DNA from: Pirellulales bacterium
Lineage (GTDB): Bacteria; Planctomycetota; Planctomycetia; Pirellulales; PALSA-1355
Assembly: GCA_963733035.1 (NCBI GenBank)
Contig: CAVTBU010000008.1
Span: 96,001-160,000 of the forward strand
Direction: 5' to 3'
DNA: 64,000 bases
Shown one piece after another: positions 20,456 to 29,349 of this stretch; position 1 is the stretch's first letter; each line of letters opens with the position of its first letter. The notes below the pieces were generated by a model that saw only the letters and a list, made by a program, of their open reading frames with translations, was not told where the DNA came from and ran no database searches. Position numbers and translations under genes: made by a program.

Positions 20456-21730
20456 ATGCCCGACCTTCGACCCCTGCGCACTACCGTCTGTTCACTACTG
20501 CTCGCAATGGCCACCTCCGCAGTGCATGCCGAGAACTGGCCCCAATGGCGGGGAGCCAAGCTCGACGGCATCAGCCACGAAAAGAACTTGCCTCTAACCT
20601 GGAGCAAGACCGAAAACGTCGCCTGGCGGCTCGAACTCCCGGGCCCGGCTGGAGCCACGCCCGTGGTCTGGGATGATCGGATTTTCCTGACCTCGGCTGA
20701 GGGCGACGATCTGGTCCTCATGGCCGTTAGCACCGAGGGCCAGCCGCTGTGGAAGCAAACCCTTGCCCAGCACAACAAGACCGTGCGTGGCGACGAGGGA
20801 AATTCCGCCTCCCCGTCACCATCAACCGACGGCAAACACGTGTGGGCCATGACCGGCACGGGCGATCTCGCATGCTATACGGTCGACGGTCGGGAAGTCT
20901 GGAAATTCAATCTGCAAGACCGCTACGGCAAGTTCGACATCCAATTTGGTATGACGTCAACGCCCGTGCTCGACGGTAACCGCCTGTATTTGCAATTACT
21001 CCATAGCGGAGGGGCGATAGTTCTGGCGCTCGATACGCTCACTGGGGAAGAAGTTTGGAAACAGACCCGCCCGAGCGATGCCCGAGCGGAATGCGAACAT
21101 TCGTACGCCTCGCCGGTGCTCTATCGCGACGACACGACGGAATTGTTGCTCACTCACGGCTGTGACTACATCGTGGCTCATCGACTTAGCGACGGAAAAG
21201 AAGTGTGGCGTTGCGGGGGCCTGAACATCAAGAGCAACTACAACCCCACGCTCCGTTTCGTGGCATCGCCGTTGGCAGTGCCGGGGTTGGTGATCGCACC
21301 GAGCGCTAAGAATGGCCCTGTGTTGGCGCTCGATCCGCATGCGCAGGGCGACATCACCGACAAGTCCGCCGGACATCTTTGGACGCGTGACCACAACACC
21401 CCCGATGTCCCGTCACCGCTGGTTGTCGACGGACTGGTATATCTCTGCCGCGAGGACGGCACCCTGATTTGTCTGGATGCAAAGACCGGCGAAGAATGCT
21501 ACACGAAACGCACCCACGCCGACCGCCATCGTGCCTCGCCTGTCTACGGCGACGGCAAAATCTATTTAACCGCCCGCGACGGCACGATCACCGTGGTCAA
21601 GCCTGGCAAGGACTTTGAGATTCTGGCCAGCAACGACATGACCGAATCGACTTCGTCGTCTCCCGCCATTTCGAATGGTCGCATTTACATCCGCACGTTC
21701 GACGCGCTCTACGCCATCGGACCGAAATAG
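20456..21730 (+). CDS. PQQ-binding-like beta-propeller repeat protein (BamB-like)
   Basis: Signal peptide, AENWPQWRG, repeated SP/TP and G-x-x-x-W blades, and GRIYIRT. Confidence 0.9.
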   Translation: MPDLRPLRTTVCSLLLAMATSAVHAENWPQWRGAKLDGISHEKNLPLTWSKTENVAWRLELPGPAGATPVVWDDRIFLTSAEGDDLVLMAVSTEGQPLWKQTLAQHNKTVRGDEGNSASPSPSTDGKHVWAMTGTGDLACYTVDGREVWKFNLQDRYGKFDIQFGMTSTPVLDGNRLYLQLLHSGGAIVLALDTLTGEEVWKQTRPSDARAECEHSYASPVLYRDDTTELLLTHGCDYIVAHRLSDGKEVWRCGGLNIKSNYNPTLRFVASPLAVPGLVIAPSAKNGPVLALDPHAQGDITDKSAGHLWTRDHNTPDVPSPLVVDGLVYLCREDGTLICLDAKTGEECYTKRTHADRHRASPVYGDGKIYLTARDGTITVVKPGKDFEILASNDMTESTSSSPAISNGRIYIRTFDALYAIGPK

Positions 21731-22083
21731 AGGATGTCGCCAGGGCCCACGACACCAAAAACCCTCTCCTCGCGGGTTTGCCATGGACAGGCGCGAAGAT
21801 ATTCCGCCTGGCCATGCTGTGCGGGTGTGGATTGTATGGACTCGCTAAGGAGTTCCAAAACTGCTCGTCAGCGCGGCAAATCGGCTTTCTTTGGAATCTC
21901 TGTCGCATCCCGACGATTCGTTACCTCAGCAACGTTTCGTCGCAGGATAGGCACGGCGCCCAGTCGCGGCGTCGAGTCGGACACGAATACTTCCACCTGC
22001 TGCAGACGATTCCTCCAACCACGGCGGAGGAAAGTCCACGGACGGCGTTTCCGTACCCAGATGGATTGAAAGGCAAGGAAGCC

Positions 22084-23094
22084 ATGAATTTTCGCCTGTT
22101 CGCTTGCGCGCTTGCGCTAGTAGGTTGCTGGGCGTCCAAAGCGGATTCGGCCGATTGGAGCATTTCCTCCACGTCCGACGACGACCCTCAAGCGGTCGAA
22201 CCGCTCGTTACTGATTGGACCGAAACGGCCGACTACGCGTACCCATCGCGGTGGACAGCTTGGGCGGGAGCCATCTTTCTCGACCGCTCCAATCCCCGCA
22301 GCCAGTCGCTCGTCCGCGACGGTGAGACCACGCTGCTCAATGCCAACAACATGAGTTTCGGCCCTCAGGCGGGCATCGATTTGAATGCGCTGCGCCACGG
22401 CGAAGTCTTCGACGTTGGCTTTCGCTATTTTCAGGTCAACAACATGTCGGCGCACCAGCGGCTGTTTCCTCCCAGTTCCGCCAGCTTGGATTTGGCCAAC
22501 CCGTTCCCGATTGATGTTCCGCAACTCGACGCTTACTACAACACGAGCATCCAAAGCGTCGAGCTGAACCTGCGTAAGAACCTGACGCCGCGACTTGCGC
22601 TGTTGGCCGGCTTTCGCTACCTCGCGCTAGACGATGATTTGGCTCACAAGTTTGATATCACGGGCGACAGCTTCAGCCTCTTCAAATTGAACGTCGACGG
22701 CATCAACCGACTGTATGGCGCTCAAATTGGCGCCGACGCCGTGCTGTTCTCGGCGGGGCGATTTCAGTTTGAAAGCGCGATCAAGGCCGGCATCTACGGC
22801 AATAGCGCTCGCAACGCATTGCGCGTGTCGGTGCTCGAATTGCCGACCACGTCGCTGATCCACCGTGCCGCGAACACGGCCTTTGTGGGCGACTGGAATT
22901 TCTCGGGAGTCGTGCAACTCAACGACCACTGGGCGTTGCGCGGCGGATACCAACTGCTGTGGCTATCGGGAGTGGCTCTCTCATCGGAACAGTTTCCGGT
23001 GACGTTTCCCAACCCGATTCCTGGGCTCAACGTCATCACCACGGGCGATCTGTTTTTGCACGGCGCCTTGGTGAGCGTGCAGGCGAACTGGTAG
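22084..23094 (+). CDS. Outer-membrane beta-barrel protein (BBP7-like)
   Basis: AAGGA RBS and signal peptide; SVELN...LAGFRY...NRLYGAQIG...LRGGYQLLWLSGVA...LFLHGALVSVQANW. Confidence 0.75.
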   Translation: MNFRLFACALALVGCWASKADSADWSISSTSDDDPQAVEPLVTDWTETADYAYPSRWTAWAGAIFLDRSNPRSQSLVRDGETTLLNANNMSFGPQAGIDLNALRHGEVFDVGFRYFQVNNMSAHQRLFPPSSASLDLANPFPIDVPQLDAYYNTSIQSVELNLRKNLTPRLALLAGFRYLALDDDLAHKFDITGDSFSLFKLNVDGINRLYGAQIGADAVLFSAGRFQFESAIKAGIYGNSARNALRVSVLELPTTSLIHRAANTAFVGDWNFSGVVQLNDHWALRGGYQLLWLSGVALSSEQFPVTFPNPIPGLNVITTGDLFLHGALVSVQANW

Positions 23095-23132
23095 CGGCTC
23101 GGGGCCTCCCCAAACAATTTGCACGAGCGGAC

Positions 23133-23174
23133 GCCGGCGAGGCAGCGAGGAGCGCAGGGGGCTGCCTCGCTGGT
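23133..23174. terminator. Hairpin between convergent genes
   Basis: GCCGGCGAGGCAGC...GCTGCCTCGCTGGT inverted repeat without a U-tract. Confidence 0.45.
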
Positions 23175-23185
23175 GACGGAGCCGT

Positions 23186-24262
23186 TTACAGCGTGTTGGA
23201 TTCAGCCACTTCGGATTCCGTCGCGACCACGTGTCCCGCCGGCTCCTCATGGCGCGTGACCACGAATCCCAACTCCTCGATCATCTTGTAGTCGGACGCT
23301 GGCGCTTGGCCCTGGGTCGTCAGATAGTCACCGACGAAGATCGAATTGGCCGGGTAAAGACCGAGCGGTTGCAGGCTTCCCAGGTGAAGTTCGCGGCCGC
23401 CGGCAATGCGAATCTCCGACGTCGGATTGGCAAACCGAAACATCGCAAGCACTTTGAGGCAGTAGCGGGGGTTGAGCTTTCCCTCGCCAGCGAGGGGAGT
23501 TCCCGTGATTGGGTTCAGAAAATTGACTGGAATCGATTCGACTTTGAGATCGCGCAAAGCAAACGCCATCTGTACCACGTCATCGTGCTGTTCGCCCATG
23601 CCGACGATGCCGCCTGAGCAGAGTTCCATACCAGCCGAGCGGACCGCCTGCAGCGTGGCAATGCGATCGGCGTAGCCGTGCGTGGAGCAGATCTCGCCGT
23701 AGTAGTGTTCGCTCGTGTTCAGGTTGTGATTCACCTTGTCCACACCGCAGGCCTTCAGACGCGCGGCATCTGCTGGAGTAAGAAGTCCCAAGCAAGCGCA
23801 GATCTTCAAGTCGTACTGCGCCTTGATCTGCGGAACGATCGTCGTAATGGCATCCATTTCGCGTTGCGAGGGACCTCGGGCCGAGATCACGATGCAATAG
23901 GTCTTGGCGTGCCGCTCCGCCGCCACGCGAGCCCCATCGAGCAGCTTCTGCGCATTGAGTAGGTTATAACGCGGAATATCCGCATCGGAGACTTTGGACT
24001 GCGAGCAGTAGCCGCAATCCTCGGGACACAACCCGCTTTTGGCATTCATCAGAAAATACAGCTGCACGGTGTTTCCGAACGACTGTCGACGAATGACATA
24101 CGCGGCCGACAACAAACCGAGGAGTTGATCGTCCGGGCTCGTGAGAATGGCAACCGCCTCGTCCCGAGTCAGGAGGTGACCTGCCAAAACCCGGTCGGCG
24201 AGGGCTTGCCAGTCTTGCGCGGCATGTGCGGGCGTGGAACCAGTTTGCGCCTGTTCGATCAT
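23186..24262 (-). CDS. bioB: Biotin synthase
   Basis: Radical SAM motif CPEDCGYC, [2Fe-2S] ligand contexts YCIV, ICACLG, LCSGG and IRIAGGRE, and ANSIFVGDYLTT. GGAGG RBS. Confidence 0.96.
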   Translation of the reverse strand: MIEQAQTGSTPAHAAQDWQALADRVLAGHLLTRDEAVAILTSPDDQLLGLLSAAYVIRRQSFGNTVQLYFLMNAKSGLCPEDCGYCSQSKVSDADIPRYNLLNAQKLLDGARVAAERHAKTYCIVISARGPSQREMDAITTIVPQIKAQYDLKICACLGLLTPADAARLKACGVDKVNHNLNTSEHYYGEICSTHGYADRIATLQAVRSAGMELCSGGIVGMGEQHDDVVQMAFALRDLKVESIPVNFLNPITGTPLAGEGKLNPRYCLKVLAMFRFANPTSEIRIAGGRELHLGSLQPLGLYPANSIFVGDYLTTQGQAPASDYKMIEELGFVVTRHEEPAGHVVATESEVAESNTL

Positions 24263-24345
24263 GGTCAACCTCCGTCTCTCAGCATGGACAAACTCACGTG
24301 ACACAAGTATCGTGACAGAAGAGCTTTACGCAAGGGGGGATTCAT

Positions 24346-24930
24346 TTGTTGACACCCGTTACGGCGAACTCCGACGGAGCCTCACAGGGACGCCACCATG
24401 TGGTGCGCGTCGGCTCCCTGGGTCACATCGGCCGGTTCACTTCGGTCGATGCGGTTCGCTATCCGCGCGGTACGCGGGTCGTCGTTCGCACCGGCCGTGG
24501 ACTCGAAGTTGGTGAAATCTTGGCTGAGCCACAGGGGTCGGACGTCGAGTCGGCCGATGGTTCAATACTTCGCGGCGTGACCGTGGCCGACGATCTCTTG
24601 TTGGCCCGATTGGAGAAAAACCGTGCAGATGCCTACGAGGCTTGTGCGGCGCGATTGGCTCAATTGTCAACTCCAACAGTCTTGATGGATGTCGAGTACC
24701 TGTTCGACGGCCGCACGCTGGTATTCTACTTCCTAGGCGAGATGACTACCGAACTCGACGCCCTGACCAACGAACTGGCAGGTATCTACGAATCGCGCGT
24801 GCAGTTCCGCCAGTTCGTCGACGCGGTAAACGAAGGCTGCGGTCCCGAATGTGGTACCGAGGCCGCCGCAGGCTGCAAGACCTGCGTAAGCCATTGCGCC
24901 GTGGCCGACGCCTGTAGCGCCAAACGATAG
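24346..24930 (+). CDS. Short PSP1 (RicT/YaaT-like) domain protein with a Cys-rich tail
   Basis: RVVVRTGRGLEVGEIL...GSILR...LMDVEYLFDGRTLVFYFLG is the PSP1 pattern. The tail is CGPECG...GCKTCVSHCAVADAC. Start uncertain. Confidence 0.8.
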   Translation: MLTPVTANSDGASQGRHHVVRVGSLGHIGRFTSVDAVRYPRGTRVVVRTGRGLEVGEILAEPQGSDVESADGSILRGVTVADDLLLARLEKNRADAYEACAARLAQLSTPTVLMDVEYLFDGRTLVFYFLGEMTTELDALTNELAGIYESRVQFRQFVDAVNEGCGPECGTEAAAGCKTCVSHCAVADACSAKR

Positions 24931-25212
24931 CTATTGCGCATCCAAGTGCACCATCGTGGTCGTGCGGTCACGGTCGGTAACGACGACCAGCCGCCGACCA
25001 TCCGCCATGGTGTACGTTGACTGCAGATTGAACTGATCGCTCAACCCACGCTCGTTGACCGCGCGAACTGCTTCCGACACTTCGCCCCAGTCGCCGTTTT
25101 GGTGACGCGCCAGCAAGTCTCCCAGTGCAACGCCGTTGCTCGTTAGCACCGCAGCGGCGGCGGGCGTGATGATGATCGTGCCGACGTCAAATTTCGGATT
25201 CTGCAATTTCAT
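24931..25212 (-). CDS. Small hypothetical protein of the 'RHxxGDWG' family
   Basis: GAGGA RBS; KFDVGTIIITPAA...LLARHQNGDWGEV...NERGL...SxY...VVTDRDRTTT. Confidence 0.8.
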   Translation of the reverse strand: MKLQNPKFDVGTIIITPAAAAVLTSNGVALGDLLARHQNGDWGEVSEAVRAVNERGLSDQFNLQSTYTMADGRRLVVVTDRDRTTTMVHLDAQ

Positions 25213-25418
25213 GGAGTTCCGTTCCTCACCCAGCGACTAGCCCCGGCCGCCAAGTGGCCCCTGAATCGATTGCGGCCCGGCGGGGTGAGAAGAAGGCCCC
25301 GCGAGGAGTTGTCCCGGCTCGATATTGTCGCCAGCAGAGTCCGGTTTTGCAAACAAATTCCCCTGCTTACGGGTGGCTGTTTTCCAAGTCGGTGCGGTAT
25401 GGTATGACCGTTCCTAGC

Positions 25419-26777
25419 ATGAACCTTCCCTTGACGATCGTCGAAGCGGCCGCCGCCTATCGCCGCGGAAGCCTGTCACCAAGCGAGTTGCTGGCAGACT
25501 GCCTGAGTCGAATCAGCAGTTTGGATGGCCAGATTTCGGCCTGGGTTGAAGTCGATGCGGCCGGTGCTATCGAAACTGCCAAGCGATGCACCCGCGAATT
25601 GGTCGAGGGCAAATCGCTGGGACCATTGCATGGCATTCCCATTGGCATCAAGGACATCGTCGACGTGGCCGGCATGCCGGTCCGGGCAGGCTCGAAGCTG
25701 ACGAATGCGGGCCTGGCTTCGGCCGATGCCTGCGTGGTCGCTCGACTCCGCGCCGCCGGCGCGATTATCCTGGGCAAGACGGTGACGACGGAGTTTGCTT
25801 GTTTCGATCCGCCGCCCACCCAGAACCCGTGGAACGCCTCTCACACACCGGGAGGCTCGTCGAGCGGTTCGGCGGCCGCGCTTGCCGCGGGGATGTGCCT
25901 GGGAGCAGTCGGCTCGCAGACCGGCGGTTCGATCAATCGGCCGGCCAGCTACTGTGGAGTGGCCGGCATCAAACCGACATTTGGCCGCGTGAGTCGTCGT
26001 GGCGTCTTGCCCGTTAGCTTTCATTTGGACCACGTGGGCCCGCTGGCGCGCACGGCCGAAGACTGTGGCCTGATTTTGGCCGCCATCGCCGGCTGCGACC
26101 CACAGGATCCCGCTTCGAGCTTCCGGCCCGGAATTGAACTGCCGGAAGATCGAGCGATTTGGCCATCGGACCATCCGCCGCGGCTCGGAGTTGTGCGGCC
26201 TTACTTCTTCGACGGCGCCGATCCGGAAACGGCCCAGCTGGTCGAAGTCGCGCTCGGCTCGCTCGCCGAGCAGGGAGCCAAGCTGACGGATCTCGTGCTA
26301 CCCGATCATTTTGATCAGGTCCACACGATGCACCGCCGGATCATGGCATGTGAGGCCGCCGAATATCACCGAAGCGCGTACGGTGCTCCACGCGATGGCT
26401 ACGGACCGCTCATGCAAGAACTTCTCGACGAAGGATTCGCTGTCAGTCTCCGCGAGTATCAGGAAGCCGTGCGGCACCGCCTCGCATTCCGCAATGCCGT
26501 GCAGCGTCTCCTGGCCGGCGTGGATGCCCTTGCAATTCCGGCTACACCGGGGCCGGCACCAGACGCTTCGACCACCGGCGACGCGCGATTCAACGCGCCC
26601 TGGAGTCATGCCGGGGTGCCGGCCGTGTCGATGCCCTGCGGCATTACACAGGCAGGCCTCCCCGTGGCAATACAACTCGTCGGCGAAGCCTGGAGCGAGG
26701 ATTGGCTCCTGCCAATCGCCGCCTGGTGCGAAAAAAAACTCCGCTTTCACGGCGTGCCGCCGCTACTCGCCAAGTGA
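25419..26777 (+). CDS. Amidase signature family protein (GatA-like)
   Basis: GPLHGIPIGIKD, GKTVTTEFA, PGGSSSGSAAA and GSQTGGSINRPASYCG motifs. Confidence 0.93.
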   Translation: MNLPLTIVEAAAAYRRGSLSPSELLADCLSRISSLDGQISAWVEVDAAGAIETAKRCTRELVEGKSLGPLHGIPIGIKDIVDVAGMPVRAGSKLTNAGLASADACVVARLRAAGAIILGKTVTTEFACFDPPPTQNPWNASHTPGGSSSGSAAALAAGMCLGAVGSQTGGSINRPASYCGVAGIKPTFGRVSRRGVLPVSFHLDHVGPLARTAEDCGLILAAIAGCDPQDPASSFRPGIELPEDRAIWPSDHPPRLGVVRPYFFDGADPETAQLVEVALGSLAEQGAKLTDLVLPDHFDQVHTMHRRIMACEAAEYHRSAYGAPRDGYGPLMQELLDEGFAVSLREYQEAVRHRLAFRNAVQRLLAGVDALAIPATPGPAPDASTTGDARFNAPWSHAGVPAVSMPCGITQAGLPVAIQLVGEAWSEDWLLPIAAWCEKKLRFHGVPPLLAK

Positions 26778-27083
26778 ACCAAGTGACGCCAACAGCTCGC
26801 TCATTTCCCCCGCGGCATGCGAGTTGCCGGCGGCACGAGCCAGTTCGATGCCCTCCCGAAGCGCCGTGCGTGCTTCATTGACGCGACCCAACCGGGTCAA
26901 CTGCTGGGCTGACATAAAAAACGCCGGCACGTAAGGCTCCACGTCTTTCATTAGTGAGGCAAACTCGCCGAGGCTCCGCTCGTGGTCTCCCTCCTTGTCC
27001 AATTCCATCGCGAGACTGTAGCGCAAGAACTGATCGCCGGGTTCGACGGACAGCATGTTCTCGATCTTTTCGCGGCGCGACAT
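26763..27083 (-). CDS. Small tetratricopeptide-repeat protein
   Basis: PGDQFLRYSLAME...YVPAFFMSAQQL...ARTALREGI helical repeats. Co-oriented after leuD. Confidence 0.8.
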   Translation of the reverse strand: MSRREKIENMLSVEPGDQFLRYSLAMELDKEGDHERSLGEFASLMKDVEPYVPAFFMSAQQLTRLGRVNEARTALREGIELARAAGNSHAAGEMSELLASLGSLGE

Positions 27084-27109
27084 TGGATAGCAATCGCAGG
27101 GGTGGAGAA

Positions 27110-27706
27110 CTAACCGGCCAGAATCCCGTGCTGCTTTTCGTATTGTGCGATCTTGTCCTCGTGGGCCAAGGTGAGCCCAATGTCATCCAGCCCATTGAGC
27201 AGGCAGTGTCGACGGAACGGCTCAACGTCGAACGGGATCTTCAAGCCGGCGTCGTCGCTAATCGTGCAAGTTTCCAGATCAACCGTTAGGCGATAGTCAC
27301 CGCTGGCAGCCCGTTTGAACAGTTCGTCAACCGTGGCTTCGTCCATGCGGATCGGCAGCATGCCGTTCTTGAAGCAATTGTTGTAGAAAATATCGGCGAA
27401 GCTGGGAGCAATCAACACGAGAAAGCCATAGTCGTTTAGCGCCCAGGGCGCGTGCTCGCGGCTGGAACCGCAGCCGAAATTTCGCCGGGCCAAGAGGATA
27501 CTCGCGTCTTTAAGATTCGGGGCATTGAGTTCGAAGTCGGGATTCGGCGACCCATCGTCGTTGAACCGCCAATCGAAGAACAGGAACTGGCCGAAACCGG
27601 TCCGCTCGATCCGCTTGAGAAACTGCTTCGGAATAATCTGATCAGTGTCAACGTTGGCCCGGTCCATTGCGGCGACCAGGCCTGTGTGCTTCTTGAAAGG
27701 TTGCAT
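27110..27706 (-). CDS. leuD: 3-isopropylmalate dehydratase small subunit
   Basis: [28 protein letters not shown] and SFADIFYNN motifs. Confidence 0.98.
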   Translation of the reverse strand: MQPFKKHTGLVAAMDRANVDTDQIIPKQFLKRIERTGFGQFLFFDWRFNDDGSPNPDFELNAPNLKDASILLARRNFGCGSSREHAPWALNDYGFLVLIAPSFADIFYNNCFKNGMLPIRMDEATVDELFKRAASGDYRLTVDLETCTISDDAGLKIPFDVEPFRRHCLLNGLDDIGLTLAHEDKIAQYEKQHGILAG

Positions 27707-27773
27707 GACGGATTTGTTGGTTAACGTATAAATGAGCCGCGAGCGGCGCGAAGATTCGATTCAATCGCAGGGA

Positions 27774-29189
27774 CTAGTTCTTGTAGTCCCACTGGCGGAC
27801 GTCGACAAAGTGGCCGGCAATTGCAGCCGCGGCGGCCATGGCCGGCGAAACCAGGTGCGTGCGTCCACCCTTGCCTTGACGCCCCTCGAAGTTACGGTTG
27901 CTCGTCGATGCACAGCGCTGGCCAGGTTCGAGCTTATCGGGGTTCATGGCCAGGCACATACTGCAACCGGCCTCGCGCCACTCGAAACCCGCCTCCGTAA
28001 AGACGCGGTCGAGCCCTTCGGCTTCGGCCTGTTTTTTCACCTGGCCGCTTCCCGGTACAACCATCGCCCCCACGTGACCGGACACGTGGTATCCCTTGGC
28101 CACGGCCGCGGCAGCTCGCAAATCTTCAATTCGGGAGTTCGTGCACGAGCCGATAAACACCCGATCGAGCTTCAATGCAGTGATCGCCTCGCCGGGCTCG
28201 AGGCCCATGTAGGAGAGCGCATTGGCGACCGTCTTGCGTTCCGTCTCGTCGCCTGCCTGCGTGGGATCGGGCACGCGCCCCGTCACCGGCGCAACCTGGC
28301 CGGGATTCGTCCCCCAGGTAACCTGCGGCGTGATGTCCGCCGCTTGGAATACCAACGACTTGTCGTACGTGGCGCCGGGATCCGTCGGCAGCGTTCGCCA
28401 ACGGGCCACTGCCGCCTCAAAATCCTGGGGAACGTACTGTCGGCCGCGCAGATACTCAAACGTCGTTTCGTCGGGGGCGATCATGCCGGCTCGAGCCCCG
28501 GCTTCAATGCTCATGTTGCAAACGGTCATCCGCTCTTCCATGCTCAGGCTGCGGATGGCGCTGCCGGTGTATTCGATGACGTAGCCGGTGCCGCCATCGG
28601 TGGTAATTTGGCCGATCAGATACAGGATCAGGTCCTTGGCCGTCACGCCCGGCGGAAGCTGGCCCTCGACGCGCAGCTCCATCGTCTTAGGGCGCGACTG
28701 CAGCAGCGTCTGCGTGGCCAGCACGTGCTCGACCTCGCTCGTACCAATGCCGAACGCCAGGGCACCAAAGGCCCCGTGCGTCGCCGTGTGGCTGTCGCCG
28801 CAGACAATCGTCATGCCCGGGCGCGTCAGGCCCAGCTCCGGCCCGATGACGTGCACGACGCCCTGATTGGGGTCGTTAAGGTCGTACAGGCGAATGCCGA
28901 ACTGCCGGCAATTCTCACGCAGCGTGTCGATCTGCTGCTTGGAAATCGGGTCGGCGATGGGCAGGCTGCGGTCGGTCGTCGGTACGTTGTGATCGGCGGT
29001 GGCCACCGTCAGTTCGGGCCGCCGCACCTTGCGCGAGGTGAGTCGCAATCCCTCGAACGCCTGCGCGCTGGTCACTTCGTGCACCAGTTGCAGGTCGATA
29101 TACAGGATCGTCTGCTTGCCTTCTTCGGCCAGCACGACGTGGTTGTCCCAAATCTTGGCGAACATCGTTCGCGGCGTGGAGGTAATCAT
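27774..29189 (-). CDS. leuC: 3-isopropylmalate dehydratase large subunit
   Basis: [26 protein letters not shown] and [12 protein letters not shown] motifs. Confidence 0.98.
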   Translation of the reverse strand: MITSTPRTMFAKIWDNHVVLAEEGKQTILYIDLQLVHEVTSAQAFEGLRLTSRKVRRPELTVATADHNVPTTDRSLPIADPISKQQIDTLRENCRQFGIRLYDLNDPNQGVVHVIGPELGLTRPGMTIVCGDSHTATHGAFGALAFGIGTSEVEHVLATQTLLQSRPKTMELRVEGQLPPGVTAKDLILYLIGQITTDGGTGYVIEYTGSAIRSLSMEERMTVCNMSIEAGARAGMIAPDETTFEYLRGRQYVPQDFEAAVARWRTLPTDPGATYDKSLVFQAADITPQVTWGTNPGQVAPVTGRVPDPTQAGDETERKTVANALSYMGLEPGEAITALKLDRVFIGSCTNSRIEDLRAAAAVAKGYHVSGHVGAMVVPGSGQVKKQAEAEGLDRVFTEAGFEWREAGCSMCLAMNPDKLEPGQRCASTSNRNFEGRQGKGGRTHLVSPAMAAAAAIAGHFVDVRQWDYKN

Positions 29190-29246
29190 GGAAGTTGCGG
29201 CTCACTATGCGACGAGCGATTATCAAGCAAACTATCAGAATACCCT

Positions 29247-29252
29247 ATTATA
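29247..29252 (-). promoter_or_regulatory. Consensus -10 (TATAAT) upstream of leuC
   Basis: ATTATA on the + strand, 57 nt upstream of the leuC ATG in an AT-rich stretch. Confidence 0.5.
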
Positions 29253-29349
29253 CGATGGGCCTGCTAGGGTCCGAGCAGATCAATAGCCAGCTGGCCAGTC
29301 GCCTGTCGGTCCCGCCACTCGGCCAGCCCGACTCCTCAAAAGGAACGGG

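Noticed and set aside
22002..22040. GGAGGAAAGTCC resembling the RNase P RNA conserved region I
   Set aside because: A well-supported CDS starts about 45 nt later, and no other RNase P conserved regions are visible.
24263..24354. BirA operator-like half-sites GTCAAC and GTTGAC near bioB
   Set aside because: They are about 80 nt apart rather than the roughly 15 nt expected.
27732..29267. 511-aa + strand ORF
   Set aside because: Antisense shadow of leuC caused by high-GC codon bias.
29190..29349. Possible leucine attenuator upstream of leuC
   Set aside because: No Leu-rich leader peptide or terminator between the TATAAT and the ATG.
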